Part shown: positions 45,137 through 56,124 of the stretch, one piece after another | How positions within the stretch are numbered: position 1 is the first letter of the stretch | Layout of the letters: each line of letters starts with the position of its first letter | Origin: Verrucomicrobiota bacterium | Lineage (GTDB): Bacteria; Verrucomicrobiota; Verrucomicrobiia; Opitutales; UBA953 | NCBI GenBank assembly: GCA_037131085.1 | Contig: JBAXRS010000003.1 | Coordinates: 2,683 to 66,682, forward strand | DNA length: 64,000 nucleotides | Direction: 5' to 3' | The notes under the pieces: generated by a model | The model's database searches: none | What the model saw: the letters and a program-made list of their open reading frames with translations, nothing else | What the model was told of the DNA's origin: nothing | Translations under genes and position numbers: made by a program

Positions 45137-45628
45137 TTACCTCAGACCGTCGGGTTCTTTGAAACGTTCTTCGGGCGACACGTAATCTTCAGCCTTAAAG
45201 GAGTCATCAACATGGTGGGTCAACCACCAGCGCACGTAATGTTGGTTGGTGCAAAACCCAAGATCCCGATCGTCGTGAAGAATAGTGATACCGACATCGG
45301 TCTGGCGTTGGCAGATTAGGCACTCGGCTGGGACGGACACGTGTGGTTCGACCGCATCGTGCCAAGGAATACGAACATAACCTTCGTAAAGGCCGCTGCT
45401 GGTAATCGACCCGACGACAGCTTCGTCAACGTTGCGTGTCTCAGGCTTTTTCCCGTAACCGAAATTTTCGCAATAAGTCCAGAAAGGGTTGGAAAGGGCG
45501 ACCTGACGTAACGTGCAAAAAGATATAAGACGGAACTTTTCGCGGTCGGAAGGGTGGGGGTGGGCCATCTCTTGCACGGCCCTATTGTGAGAGCAATTAC
45601 CGCAGCAATCTGGTCCGCCGTTCGGCAT
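45137..45628 (-). CDS. Hypothetical Cys/His-rich protein (163 aa)
   Basis: The ORF starts 3 nt after the lpdA stop codon. It has 8 Cys, including DCCGNCSHN and ECLICQ, and many His. I recognise no family. Confidence 0.55.
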   Translation of the reverse strand: MPNGGPDCCGNCSHNRAVQEMAHPHPSDREKFRLISFCTLRQVALSNPFWTYCENFGYGKKPETRNVDEAVVGSITSSGLYEGYVRIPWHDAVEPHVSVPAECLICQRQTDVGITILHDDRDLGFCTNQHYVRWWLTHHVDDSFKAEDYVSPEERFKEPDGLR

Positions 45629-45631
45629 GCC

Positions 45632-47032
45632 TCAAAGAGAGTGAATGCTCATCTTACTGACGGCCATGGCGGCCTCCTTGAAAGACTCGCTGACGGTAGG
45701 ATGGGCGAAGCACGTCCGGGCGACATCTTCGGCGCTGCCGCCGTATTCCATGTGGGCGCAAGCAGCGGCAATCATCTCCGAAGCACCTTTGGCCACCATC
45801 TGCACGCCCAGAACTTTATCGGACTTCGCGCAGGCGATGACTTTGATCATGCCCGCGGTGCCATCGCTGGCAATGGCCCGCCCGTTACCAGTCAGCTGGA
45901 ATTTGCCGATTTTAACTTCGATATTCTTCGCCTTAGCATCGGCTTCGGAAAGTCCGACGGAAGCAACCTCGGGGTCGGTATAAATCACGCCGGGAATGAG
46001 CGCATAATTTACATGGCCATGTTTACCTGCCAGATTCTCCGCGACCGCGACGCCTTCCTCTTCGGCTTTGTGCGCGAGCATAGGACCAGCGACGACGTCG
46101 CCGATGGCGTACACTCCGGGAAGATTAGTGAGGAAATGCCCATCGATGATGACGCGGCCACGCTCGTCGAGCTTCAGACCCGCTTCGACGGCTCCAAGAC
46201 CCGTCGTATTGGCCTTCCGACCAACGGCGACCAAGATCTTATCTGCGGGGAATTCCAGCACCTTGCCATCCCGCTCAGCCGTAAGGGCAAAACCAGTGGG
46301 GCTCTTTTTCACGCCAGTCACCTTGGTACCTAATTCAAATTTAATACCTTGTTTTTCGAAGGCGGTCTGGGCGGCTTTGGCGATATCCACATCGTAGGAA
46401 GGTCCACCGATGGTGGTGAGCATTTCCACCACCGTAACTTGTGAGCCGAGACGCGACCAAACCGAACCGAGTTCCAAACCGATCGCACCTGCACCCACGA
46501 CGACCATCTTTTCTGGGACGCTCTTTAAGGCGATTCCATGGTCCGATGAGATGACAGCTTCACCGTCAAATTTCATGAAGGGTAACTCGACTGGAACTGA
46601 CCCGGTCGCGATTAGGATATTCTTAGTGGTTAGGATGCGCTCGCCAGCGGAACTGCGGACCAAGACTTCGCCGGGCTTGCCCAAGCGACCAAGACCACGC
46701 ACGACTTCGACGCCGCGCTTGGTGACCAGAAATTCCACCCCTTTATTGAGCTGACCAACCACCTTATCCTTATTGGCCATCATGGCAGAAACATCAAAAG
46801 TCAACTTATCGGCGCCGACGATGCCATGCTTTTTGCCGTCACGGGCGTGATGCCAGACTTCCGTGGAGTGAAGCAAAGCCTTGGAAGGAATGCAGCCAAT
46901 GTTCAGGCAGGTGCCGCCTAAGCTTTGGTCTTTTTCAACCAGCGCGACCTTGAGGCCTAATTGGGCAGCCTTGATGGCAGCCACATAACCGCCAGGACCG
47001 GAGCCGATGATGACGAGATCGAGTTGAGACAT
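45632..47032 (-). CDS. lpdA: Dihydrolipoyl dehydrogenase (E3)
   Basis: GSGPGGYVAAIKAAQLG FAD motif, redox disulfide GGTCLNIGCIPSK, and C-terminal HAHPT-type motif (FAHPTVSE). Confidence 0.95.
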   Translation of the reverse strand: MSQLDLVIIGSGPGGYVAAIKAAQLGLKVALVEKDQSLGGTCLNIGCIPSKALLHSTEVWHHARDGKKHGIVGADKLTFDVSAMMANKDKVVGQLNKGVEFLVTKRGVEVVRGLGRLGKPGEVLVRSSAGERILTTKNILIATGSVPVELPFMKFDGEAVISSDHGIALKSVPEKMVVVGAGAIGLELGSVWSRLGSQVTVVEMLTTIGGPSYDVDIAKAAQTAFEKQGIKFELGTKVTGVKKSPTGFALTAERDGKVLEFPADKILVAVGRKANTTGLGAVEAGLKLDERGRVIIDGHFLTNLPGVYAIGDVVAGPMLAHKAEEEGVAVAENLAGKHGHVNYALIPGVIYTDPEVASVGLSEADAKAKNIEVKIGKFQLTGNGRAIASDGTAGMIKVIACAKSDKVLGVQMVAKGASEMIAAACAHMEYGGSAEDVARTCFAHPTVSESFKEAAMAVSKMSIHSL

Positions 47033-47053
47033 TGAGGTAAGAAAAGGGAATGA

Positions 47054-48346
47054 TTAGACGCCGAAGAGGAGTCGTTGCGGGTCTTCGATCAATTGGCGTA
47101 CCTTGACCAGGAAAGTCACGGCTTCCTTACCGTCGATGATGCGGTGATCGTACGAAAGGGCCAGATACATAATAGGCCGGATGACCACCTGACCGTTCTC
47201 GGCGACGGGACGCTCGACGATATTATGCAAGCCCATGATCGCCGCCTGTGGGTGGTTAAGGATTGGGGTCGAAAGCATCGAGCCGTAGATGCCGCCATTG
47301 GAAATGGTAAAAATACCGCCCTGTAATTCGGCTAATTGAATCTTACCGTCACGCGCGCGTTTACCGTAATCGCCAATATTTTTCTCGATCGCCGCAAAAG
47401 AAAGCAGATCGCAATCGCGGACCACGGGGACCATCAGGCCCTTGTCGGTGCCGACGGCGACGCCAATATCGTAGAAGTGATTTTCCACAATTTCTTCGCC
47501 ATCAAGTTGGGCGTTGATGGCGGGCACTTCTTTCATGGCCTGGACCGCGGCCTTGACGAAGAAGGACATAAAACCGAGTTTAACACCGTATTTCTTAAGG
47601 AATTCCTCACCATGACGCTTACGCAATTCCATCACCGGAGCCATGTTGACCTCATTGAAAGTCGTAAGCATCGCCGTCTCTGACTTCGCTTGAACGAGTC
47701 TTTCCGCAATCTTTCGGCGCAGGGGAGACATTTTTTTGCGAGAAGTCCGCCCATCGCGCGAAGGAATAATAGCCACAACCGGTGCAACGGGAGCAACCGC
47801 CGCAGAGTTGCTAACAGGGACAGCAGCGCTGGCCGTAGGGACTAAGGTTGGCTCGACTGCCAGAATAGGAGACTGGCCGGCCAGCGCCGCCAACATATCG
47901 CCCTTGGTGACCCGTCCGGCCTTGCCGCTGCCTTCGAGGGAGGCCGGATTCAATCCCGTCTCAGCCGCGAGACGACGAACGGCTGGAGAAATCTCGGCAG
48001 CCGCATCCGATTTATTTAAAATAATAGCCTCGGGCTGGGCAACTCGCGCGACGGGAAGCCGAGTCAACTGTGCCACCGGGGCGGACGTTGGAACGGAAAC
48101 CAAACCCGCGGTGCCAGCTGCAATGCTGGCGACGATCTGGCCGACAATAACTTCCGTTCCAGCCGGGACTGAGATGGTTAGCTGACCGTCGATCTCGGCC
48201 GTACCTTCGGAGGTAACCTTATCGGTTTCGTAAGAGAAGAGAGGTTGGCCCTTGCGGACCGAATCCCCAGATTTAACCAACCAAGCGGCTAAGAGCCCAC
48301 CGGTGATAGATTCTCCCATGGGAGGGATTTTGACGTCGACAGCCAT
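47054..48346 (-). CDS. sucB: Dihydrolipoyllysine-residue succinyltransferase (E2 of 2-oxoglutarate dehydrogenase)
   Basis: Lipoyl domain with ETDKV, an Ala/Pro linker, and the catalytic DHRIIDG. I chose the ATG at 48346 ([14 protein letters not shown]). Confidence 0.9.
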   Translation of the reverse strand: MAVDVKIPPMGESITGGLLAAWLVKSGDSVRKGQPLFSYETDKVTSEGTAEIDGQLTISVPAGTEVIVGQIVASIAAGTAGLVSVPTSAPVAQLTRLPVARVAQPEAIILNKSDAAAEISPAVRRLAAETGLNPASLEGSGKAGRVTKGDMLAALAGQSPILAVEPTLVPTASAAVPVSNSAAVAPVAPVVAIIPSRDGRTSRKKMSPLRRKIAERLVQAKSETAMLTTFNEVNMAPVMELRKRHGEEFLKKYGVKLGFMSFFVKAAVQAMKEVPAINAQLDGEEIVENHFYDIGVAVGTDKGLMVPVVRDCDLLSFAAIEKNIGDYGKRARDGKIQLAELQGGIFTISNGGIYGSMLSTPILNHPQAAIMGLHNIVERPVAENGQVVIRPIMYLALSYDHRIIDGKEAVTFLVKVRQLIEDPQRLLFGV

Positions 48347-48482
48347 GTAAAGGTAGTAAGCAACCTTGGAACTCCTTGCGGACTGTTTCAACGGGGAAAT
48401 CGCCGTATAATTGACACCAGAAGCCTGTTTTCGGGGTAGTAGAGGGACATAGTGACCCAGCAAGGAAATCTACTAAGCCGGA

Positions 48483-51209
48483 TTAGCGACTGAAAGCCTG
48501 CCGGATGACATCCGCTTGCTCAATCTTATGAACTGCAAGCGAACCAACCGCAGGGGAGGCAGCGGCGTCGCGACCGGCATAGAGCGGCCGAATACCTGTG
48601 CATTCCTCGATCAGCGGAGCGACGAAAGACCAGCCACCCATGTTTTTGGGCTCATCTTGAGCCCAAATAATTTTACTTGGCGAACCGAGTTGCTGATAGA
48701 ACTTCTTAAGAGTCGCCGCATCAAAAGGGTAGAATTGCTCAAGACGCAGGATGCTCATGTCAGCATCCTGCTTTGCCAGACGTTCGGCATCGAGTTCATA
48801 GAAGATTTTTCCAGAGCAAATAATCAATCTCGTCGTCTTGGGGGCGGGCGTCGCGTCGGTCATCACCGTGTGGAATTCTCCAGAGCTAAAGTCAGCCAGA
48901 ACGCTGACGCAGGCCTTGTGTCTCAACAAGCTTTTGGGAGTTAAGACGACCAGGGGCTTACGAAGCTCAGCTTTAACCTGCCGTCGTAAGGCGTGAAAAA
49001 TTTGGGCAGGTGTGGAGGGCTGTATAACCTGTAGGTTATTCTCGGCGCACAACTGGAGGAAACGTTCGAGGCGAGCCGAAGAGTGTTCGGGACCTTGTCC
49101 TTCGTACCCGTGAGGTAAAAGAAGGGTAAGGCCGCTGGTCTGACCCCATTTGGATTCAGCCGAGGCTAGGAATTGATCGATAACAATTTGGGCGCCATTG
49201 GCGAAATCGCCGAATTGAGCCTCCCAAATGACTAGCGCGTTAGGCGCCTCCAGCGAATAACCATAGTCGAACCCGAGGACGGCATATTCCGAAAGCGAGG
49301 AATTAACCAACTCGATCTTGGCACTGCCTAAGGAGGACAGCGGACAATACTCCGCGTCATTGGAAGGGTCGTGCAAAACGGCATGGCGATGCGAAAAAGT
49401 ACCGCGCTCGCAATCTTGACCGGAAAGACGAATCGGATGTCCTTCGGCTAGTAAAGTGGCGAAGGCAAGCGCTTCGCCCAGACTCCAGTCGAAATTAATA
49501 CCGGACTTGAAAGCCTCTGCTTTGATATCCAGCAAACGTTTTAACTTCGGGTTGGGGCTGAAATCTGGGGGCATCTGCCATAGAGCAGGGGCAACCTGGT
49601 CGAGCAGCGAAGCGGCTACGGAAGTATCGGCTTTAAAATCGTAAGGTGATTTGAACGGGCGCAGTTCCGGGGGTTGATTCTTCCGCGCCTCGACTTCGAC
49701 CGCCAAAGCGGCCTGGGCCCGGTCTTGGGCGGCGTTCAGCAGCACTTCGCATTCCGTGCGAAGCGCCACCAGCATGCCGTCTGCAGTCGTACCGGACTCG
49801 GTCAGCCGGGAAGCATACAGTTCGGCGACCGAAGGGTGAGAAGAAATATTACGGTAGAGAACAGGCTGCGTAAAAGCAGGCTCATCGGTTTCGTTATGTC
49901 CGTAACGGCGGTAGCAAACGATATCAACGACGGCATCAGCCCCAAACTTCTGCCGATACTCCAAAGCGATTTCGGCAGCCAAGACAACGGCATCGGGATC
50001 GTCCCCGTTGGCGTGAAGAATGGGCGACTCGGTGAATTTGGCGATTTCGGTACAATGACGTCCAGTGCGAGCTTCATCAGGATTCGTGGTGAAGCCGACC
50101 TGATTATTACTTACCAGGTGAATGGTACCGCCGACCGAGTAACCCTTCAGGCCTGCGAGATTTAAAGTTTCCATCACCACGCCTTGGCCGGCAAAAGCAG
50201 CGTCTCCGTGAATCAAGATGGGGAGGGCATCGGCCCTGCTGGCACCCACTTGCAAATCGATACGGGCGCGGGTGCGTCCGAGGGCGACAGCATTAACAGC
50301 TTCGAGGTGACTCGGATTAAAGGCCAACGTGATGGCGATTTTTTTACCACTGACGGTTCTTTCACCTTCATAACCCAAGTGATATTTGACATCGCCGTCG
50401 CCGGTAGAGGTGTCGGGAAGATGGTGCTCAGAGAAGGCCGCGAACAGTTGCTCGGGTTTCTTACCGCAGAAGTTGACCATAATATTTAGCCGACCGCGAT
50501 GGGCCATGCCCAATACGATATCCGTGATCTTAAGCCCAGGTGCGCGAAGTAATAGTTGCTCCAAAGCGGCCATGATGACTTCGCCCCCCTCCACCGAAAA
50601 ACGTTTCGCACCTACGAAAGTCCGATGCAAGAAACGTTCGAATTGTTCGGCTTGGACGATGGCATACAAGAAACGCTTCCGGGCATCCGCATCGTATGCC
50701 GGCCGCAGACCGGACGACTCGATCCGCTCCTGGAGCCACCGGCGACGTTCGCCGTCTTGAATATGGGTGTATTCGACGCCGATGGGTCCGCAGTAAATAG
50801 ATTTCAGTTTGGTAAGAATCTCGGCAAGGGGTAACAATTTTCCGCCCAAGAAATCTCCGGTATTAAAAACCTTATCGGGAGCGATGCCGTCCAGGCCGAG
50901 CGCCTTATCGGTAAGCTCGAAGTGAGGCGTAGGATCAAAGAGTGGATTAAGCCGTGCTTGAAGGTGCCCGAGCAGCCTATAGGCATTAATCGCCGCCAAG
51001 ACTTTCCACTGCGCCGCGGCATCGATGGGAGAGCTTACCAAGCCGCTGACTTTCGCCGAAACTTTCGGTGGTAGACTTAAGCCCAATTCAAAACCTTCGA
51101 AAAAGGTACGCCACTCGGCATCAACGGAGACTGGGTCAGCAGTCCAACGCTCATGATAAGTGGCGACAAGGTCGGCATTCCAACGGGTTCCTACACTAAG
51201 ATGTTTCAT
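48483..51209 (-). CDS. sucA: 2-oxoglutarate dehydrogenase E1 component
   Basis: 908 aa. It carries the typical E1o segments (GMAHRGRLN, HGDAAFAGQGVV, LLLPHGYEGQGPEHSS). Confidence 0.95.
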   Translation of the reverse strand: MKHLSVGTRWNADLVATYHERWTADPVSVDAEWRTFFEGFELGLSLPPKVSAKVSGLVSSPIDAAAQWKVLAAINAYRLLGHLQARLNPLFDPTPHFELTDKALGLDGIAPDKVFNTGDFLGGKLLPLAEILTKLKSIYCGPIGVEYTHIQDGERRRWLQERIESSGLRPAYDADARKRFLYAIVQAEQFERFLHRTFVGAKRFSVEGGEVIMAALEQLLLRAPGLKITDIVLGMAHRGRLNIMVNFCGKKPEQLFAAFSEHHLPDTSTGDGDVKYHLGYEGERTVSGKKIAITLAFNPSHLEAVNAVALGRTRARIDLQVGASRADALPILIHGDAAFAGQGVVMETLNLAGLKGYSVGGTIHLVSNNQVGFTTNPDEARTGRHCTEIAKFTESPILHANGDDPDAVVLAAEIALEYRQKFGADAVVDIVCYRRYGHNETDEPAFTQPVLYRNISSHPSVAELYASRLTESGTTADGMLVALRTECEVLLNAAQDRAQAALAVEVEARKNQPPELRPFKSPYDFKADTSVAASLLDQVAPALWQMPPDFSPNPKLKRLLDIKAEAFKSGINFDWSLGEALAFATLLAEGHPIRLSGQDCERGTFSHRHAVLHDPSNDAEYCPLSSLGSAKIELVNSSLSEYAVLGFDYGYSLEAPNALVIWEAQFGDFANGAQIVIDQFLASAESKWGQTSGLTLLLPHGYEGQGPEHSSARLERFLQLCAENNLQVIQPSTPAQIFHALRRQVKAELRKPLVVLTPKSLLRHKACVSVLADFSSGEFHTVMTDATPAPKTTRLIICSGKIFYELDAERLAKQDADMSILRLEQFYPFDAATLKKFYQQLGSPSKIIWAQDEPKNMGGWSFVAPLIEECTGIRPLYAGRDAAASPAVGSLAVHKIEQADVIRQAFSR

Positions 51210-51339
51210 TTAAGTGACGAATAAAGGAGGGTAAAACTTAGTCATCCTCACCTTTATTAACAAGCCCAGACGCTGGACAAAAAAGCCCGCTTTGAGGATT
51301 GAAACGACAAAACTATGAAGATTTAATTCACTTTCGTCG

Positions 51340-53853
51340 ATGTCCTCCCCAAGACCGGCTAATCGCTCCTATTCCACGGAAGCCTTGGAAAGGTGGTTTG
51401 CGTCGATTCCCGAAGAATGGGAGGCCTCATTTGAAGCGGCGGACCTAGAAGAAGGACGAAAAATCTACACGGAAGGTCTCGTCCGGTCGCTTGAATTGAA
51501 AATCGATTCGGCGGAGGCGGTCACCCGTATAGAAGATCAAAGCGTTAGGGCCGTCATCGAACTTGGGGAGAACCAACTAGAATGGCGCACGTCGCTTCCC
51601 GAAGAGGAAAACGGCGCCCCTTACGTCGTTGCCGCTCTCTACGAGGTCGAAGAATTACTGGCAGATGAAATCACTCCGATTGACGAGGCCGCCGCCGCTA
51701 TCGAACCCGAAGCGATCATCGAGCCAGAGCCGAAAGATACAAATCTTCGTTCGGCCCTAAAACTTCAGGTCTCCTTTGATCTCACTTCGGAAGGACTGAC
51801 AACTTCCGCTTCGTGGGGAGGGAAGGGAGGACATGTCTGGAATTGCTTCGGCCCCGGGGCCATCCCTGGCGACGAGCTTTCAGACGAACAGCGCCAGACC
51901 CTTTTCCGGTTCTCCACCGTAGCACACCGCGCAGGTTTCAGTTACAGCAAGACAGCCGGCACCTGGGCGATGGATAATATTGGACGAATCGAAAGGTTCG
52001 TCCGGGAAGAATTAAGCGAATGGCGCAAGCGCTTCAAACTTTTGGGCGAGGAGGCTTTGAATATATTCCGAAACGAGCAATTACAAGTCGCCGTAGATGC
52101 GGAAGCGGAATCTACCAACGACGGCAAATCATTCCGTCTAAACTGGCGACTTAAAGCCGGCAGTCACCGTCTCTTGGCCGACGAGCAGAAACTCCTCCTC
52201 AAAGCCGGCGGGCGCCCCGTGATTCTGCCAGGCAAAGGGGTGGTGGCCTATAATGCGGCTGTGGCGGATTTTTCTGAAGATTGGCGAACGAAGGACGGTG
52301 AAGTGCCACGCTACCTGTTACTATCGCTTTTCGACCATGCCGCCGTCGGAGCGCTAAAATTAAACGACGATCTAAAGGTCTGGAAAGACCAACTCTTACA
52401 GGAGCCGACGCCGCCGGATAATCTTCCGGCACACCTGCGACCTTACCAAGCCAAGGGCGTGGCCTGGCTCGGCCGACTTTGCGACCTAGGCTCCCACCCA
52501 TTACTGGCCGATGAAATGGGCTTGGGTAAAACGGTCCAAGTACTGGCCCTTCTATCTACCCGGCCGATCGGCGAACGGTTGCTCATCGTCTGTCCGGCCA
52601 GCGTCATTCCCGTCTGGCTGGGAGAAATCAAACGCTTTCACCCCGAACTTGTTGCTTCAGTCCTGACCGCTGACGATGACTTCGAGAAGAATCCTCACGC
52701 CAAGATTTGGATTTCAAGCTACACGCAACTGCGTCGTCACGCTGATCTATTACCCAAAATAACCTTCGGCTATGCGGTGCTCGATGAAGCTCAAGCCATC
52801 AAAAATCCTGAATCAAAAACGACGCAGACCTGTATCGCGATTCAAGCTCATCACCGTATCGCCATCACCGGCACGCCATTAGAAAATCGTCCAACAGACC
52901 TTTGGACTATCTTCCGCTTCCTCATGCCGGGCTTGCTCGGAAAGCGTGCTAATTTCGAGCGCATGATGTTACGCGACCCCTCGGTAGCCTTAGGTAAGGT
53001 GCGCCGACAGGTTTCTCCCTTCATCCTCCGACGTCTGAAACGTCACGTCGCGTCTGATATTCCGCCTAAGATGGAAGTCGTACTTCCCTGTCCGCTGACC
53101 CACGAGCAAAGAGCTTTGTATCAACACCTGACCCAGGGAAGCGGCCTTTCCGGAGAACTCGCCGGATTGCTCTCTAAAGACGCGACATCCGTGCTCACAT
53201 TGTTGATGCGCCTTCGCCAAGTTTGTTGTGACCCCGGACTCCTGCCAGACAACTCGGGTTGCCCGAGTGCGCATTCGGGCAAGATTACTTTGCTCATCTC
53301 TAAGCTGACTGAAATCGCCGCCAATGGGTCTAAGGCCGTCGTCTTCTCCCAGTTTGTCTCCTTGATTGAGCGTGTCAAAACGGCCTTGGCTCGAGACCTG
53401 CCTAATCTTCCCATCTTTGAGTTAACGGGCGAAACCAAAGATCGCTCCGCCCCGGTCGAAAATTTCAAAGAAACCAAGGGGCCAGCTCTTTTCTTGGCTT
53501 CGCTTAAAGCTGGCGGAACGGGTATCACTTTGAATACCGCAGAGTATGTCTTCTTAATGGACCCTTGGTGGAATCCGGCGGTGGAAGCTCAAGCCGTCGA
53601 TCGAGTCCATCGCATCGGTCAAAAGAATCCGGTCTTGATTTATCGGATGATTGCACCTGGCACCGTCGAAGAGCGGATCGAGGAACTGAAACAAGAAAAA
53701 CGTGAACTCTTCTCGACGGTTGTCGGAGATATCCCGGACATGACGGACTGGACCCGACACTTCACCTCATTAGACGCCCTTATTCGTCTGAGCGATTCGC
53801 CGGCGGCCGCAGCCTCGGCCGAAATTGCACCCGAGCGAGAGCACGAAGGCTGA
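51340..53853 (+). CDS. SNF2-family helicase (RapA/HepA-like) with a long N-terminal region
   Basis: Helicase motifs LADEMGLGKT (I) and LDEAQAIKN (II). The C-terminal helicase domain has QAVDRVHRIGQ. Confidence 0.85.
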   Translation: MSSPRPANRSYSTEALERWFASIPEEWEASFEAADLEEGRKIYTEGLVRSLELKIDSAEAVTRIEDQSVRAVIELGENQLEWRTSLPEEENGAPYVVAALYEVEELLADEITPIDEAAAAIEPEAIIEPEPKDTNLRSALKLQVSFDLTSEGLTTSASWGGKGGHVWNCFGPGAIPGDELSDEQRQTLFRFSTVAHRAGFSYSKTAGTWAMDNIGRIERFVREELSEWRKRFKLLGEEALNIFRNEQLQVAVDAEAESTNDGKSFRLNWRLKAGSHRLLADEQKLLLKAGGRPVILPGKGVVAYNAAVADFSEDWRTKDGEVPRYLLLSLFDHAAVGALKLNDDLKVWKDQLLQEPTPPDNLPAHLRPYQAKGVAWLGRLCDLGSHPLLADEMGLGKTVQVLALLSTRPIGERLLIVCPASVIPVWLGEIKRFHPELVASVLTADDDFEKNPHAKIWISSYTQLRRHADLLPKITFGYAVLDEAQAIKNPESKTTQTCIAIQAHHRIAITGTPLENRPTDLWTIFRFLMPGLLGKRANFERMMLRDPSVALGKVRRQVSPFILRRLKRHVASDIPPKMEVVLPCPLTHEQRALYQHLTQGSGLSGELAGLLSKDATSVLTLLMRLRQVCCDPGLLPDNSGCPSAHSGKITLLISKLTEIAANGSKAVVFSQFVSLIERVKTALARDLPNLPIFELTGETKDRSAPVENFKETKGPALFLASLKAGGTGITLNTAEYVFLMDPWWNPAVEAQAVDRVHRIGQKNPVLIYRMIAPGTVEERIEELKQEKRELFSTVVGDIPDMTDWTRHFTSLDALIRLSDSPAAAASAEIAPEREHEG

Positions 53854-53854
53854 C

Positions 53855-55234
53855 CTACTTCGCGATCAAATCGTACTCCGAAGCGCCCGTGACGGTGACT
53901 TCGGCAAATTCGCCGACCGGCAACTTCTTGGGGACTTGGACGATACCGTCGATATCCATGGCATCACCTTGGCTTCGCGCGATCCCCGGACGTTCCACCA
54001 AAACTCGCAATTTACGTCCGATGAATTCTTCTCCACGTTGCTTGGAAAGGCCTTGAAGCAGAAGCATTGCCCGGGCGTGACGTTCGGTTTTCACTTCCGC
54101 GTCGAGATGGCCTTCCATCTTAGCCCCGCGCGTCCCTTCTTCTTTGGAATACTTAAAGACGCCGACGCGATCAAAGCGGGTATCCGTGAGGAAATCTAGC
54201 AACTCACTGAAATCTGCTTCGGTCTCACCCGGGAAGCCGGCGATAAAGGTCGTGCGGATGACGATATTGGGGATACCAGCGCGCATACGTTTGATGAGGT
54301 CGCGAATATAGGCGCCATCGGTCTCGCGCTGCATGGCGCTCAACATCCGGTCGGAAATATGCTGCAGAGGAATGTCGACATACCGCGCGACATGCTTGGA
54401 TTGGGCGATAGTTTCGATCAACTCGTCGCTCCAATGGGCAGGGTGTGTGTAAAGGAGCCTAATCCAGAAATCTCCTTCAATCGTATCCAGCTCACGTAAA
54501 AGCGAAGCCAGTGATTCGCCTTTGGTTGAATCGACTTTGCTGCGGGGATTAGGACGCGCGTCCGTCCAACGATCCATTCCGAAATAAGTGGTGTCCTGCG
54601 AGATGAGGTTAATTTCTTTAACGCCTTCGGCTACCAATTGGCGGGCCTCCTTGACGACTGATTCGACCGTGCGACTACGATGCCGGCCACGGATTCGGGG
54701 AATGATGCAGAACGTGCAGGGGTGATTACAGCCTTCGGCGATCTTGATATAGGCCGAATGCTTGGGGGTCAGACGAAAGCGGGGCGTGTCAAAGTCTGGG
54801 ATGAAAGTGGTCGTCTTGGACAAGAACTCCGTCATACCGGCCTCGCCGCCCATGACCTTATGGATGACCGGGACAATATTAGTCACTTGGTCGAGACCGA
54901 TGTAAGCGTCCACGTTCGGCAATTCGACGTGACCTTTAGCTCCTTCGACCACGGGCAAGGTGCCTTGGTAGCGCTGAGCCATACAGCCCGCCACGATGAG
55001 TTTCTGGCCCTTGCGACGCGCCGTCGCTTTGCCGTCGCTCATCTCGTAAATGGCCTCGAGGGCTTCATGCTTAGATGCGTCGATGAACGAACAAGTGTTC
55101 ACAATGACGACATCGGCTTCGGAGGCGTCAGCGGTCATCGACATGCCGGCCTTCGCGAGGTGGCCAATCATGATTTCAGAATCAATTAAGTTCTTGGCGC
55201 AACCAAGGGAGACGAGGCCTACTTTTACGGACAT
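53855..55234 (-). CDS. rimO: Ribosomal protein S12 methylthiotransferase RimO
   Basis: SLGCAKNLIDSE N-terminal cluster, radical SAM motif CNHPCTFC, and a C-terminal TRAM domain. Confidence 0.88.
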   Translation of the reverse strand: MSVKVGLVSLGCAKNLIDSEIMIGHLAKAGMSMTADASEADVVIVNTCSFIDASKHEALEAIYEMSDGKATARRKGQKLIVAGCMAQRYQGTLPVVEGAKGHVELPNVDAYIGLDQVTNIVPVIHKVMGGEAGMTEFLSKTTTFIPDFDTPRFRLTPKHSAYIKIAEGCNHPCTFCIIPRIRGRHRSRTVESVVKEARQLVAEGVKEINLISQDTTYFGMDRWTDARPNPRSKVDSTKGESLASLLRELDTIEGDFWIRLLYTHPAHWSDELIETIAQSKHVARYVDIPLQHISDRMLSAMQRETDGAYIRDLIKRMRAGIPNIVIRTTFIAGFPGETEADFSELLDFLTDTRFDRVGVFKYSKEEGTRGAKMEGHLDAEVKTERHARAMLLLQGLSKQRGEEFIGRKLRVLVERPGIARSQGDAMDIDGIVQVPKKLPVGEFAEVTVTGASEYDLIAK

Positions 55235-55290
55235 GGGTTGGATAGGAGCACTAATTTGCCGAAAAGCAACCCCGGGTCACAATTCCGGCC

Positions 55291-56124
55291 CTACAACGTC
55301 AACCAAGCCTCAGCCGGGACATCTTCGGGTCGGCAGAGCGGCGTTAAGCCAAAGTTAGGCAGGGCTGCGAGCCAAGCAGCCACATCCGCATCGCCCTTAA
55401 ATAGATTCTTAGCAGAGGACCCCACCTGCTTACGGCGTTGGGTGAAGAAATTTCGCGCAACCTCGCGGGCGCGTTTACTCAGGCGTTTGGCATCGATGCG
55501 ACGACGAAGCACCAGCAGGCATGAGTCGACCTTAGGGGGCGGGTTAAATGATTGGGCTGGTACCGGATGAACTTTGATCTTTTCGAACGCCAGATGCACT
55601 TGTGCGGTGACGGCGGACCAATGGCTCGTCCCGACATCGGCGGTCAATCGCTCCGCAGCTTCCCGTTGCAGCATCAAGACCATCAGGGAAGGGTGAGGAC
55701 CCGCGCAAATCGCATCCATCCATGGCGTCGAGATGGCGTAGGGTAGATTAGCAATGACCTTAAACGAGCCGTCGAGTGGATCTTTCAATCCGGCCCGAGG
55801 CAATTTGACGGCATCCCCTTCGGTCAAATGGAAGGTCTTTGGAAACTGCGGCAGGAGAGATTCTTCGAGATGAAACAACATCGTCCGATCGGCTTCAACG
55901 GCGTAGAGCTCAACCCCGGCCCCGAGTAATGTCCGCGTCAAAGTCCCGAGACCCGGACCAACCTCAACGACCGTATCGCCTGAAACGATTTCACCGAGTT
56001 CTAGAGATTTACGGACAATATTACCATCGACCAAGAAATTCTGGCCCAGCCATTTACGTGGCATATGCGCCAGCCTGGCCAGCAAATCACGGGTTTCGGA
56101 AAGCGAAAGCGGACCCTCGTTCAT
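55291..56124 (-). CDS. rsmA: 16S rRNA (adenine1518/1519-N6)-dimethyltransferase RsmA/KsgA
   Basis: LGQNFLVDGNIVRK and VVEVGPGLGTLT motifs. ANLPY. Confidence 0.9.
   Translation of the reverse strand: MNEGPLSLSETRDLLARLAHMPRKWLGQNFLVDGNIVRKSLELGEIVSGDTVVEVGPGLGTLTRTLLGAGVELYAVEADRTMLFHLEESLLPQFPKTFHLTEGDAVKLPRAGLKDPLDGSFKVIANLPYAISTPWMDAICAGPHPSLMVLMLQREAAERLTADVGTSHWSAVTAQVHLAFEKIKVHPVPAQSFNPPPKVDSCLLVLRRRIDAKRLSKRAREVARNFFTQRRKQVGSSAKNLFKGDADVAAWLAALPNFGLTPLCRPEDVPAEAWLTL

Noticed and set aside
48347-48482. The 136-nt spacer between sucA and sucB, as a possible small RNA or small ORF.
   Set aside because: I saw no convincing hairpin, conserved RNA motif or ORF with a plausible start. It is probably just an inter-cistronic spacer.
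51340-53853. The SNF2 helicase as a possible core of a defence system (BREX, DISARM, Zorya-like or similar).
   Set aside because: No methyltransferase, nuclease, PLD, ATPase or other partner genes are adjacent. The flanks are the suc operon and rimO. It looks like a stand-alone RapA/HepA-like housekeeping helicase.
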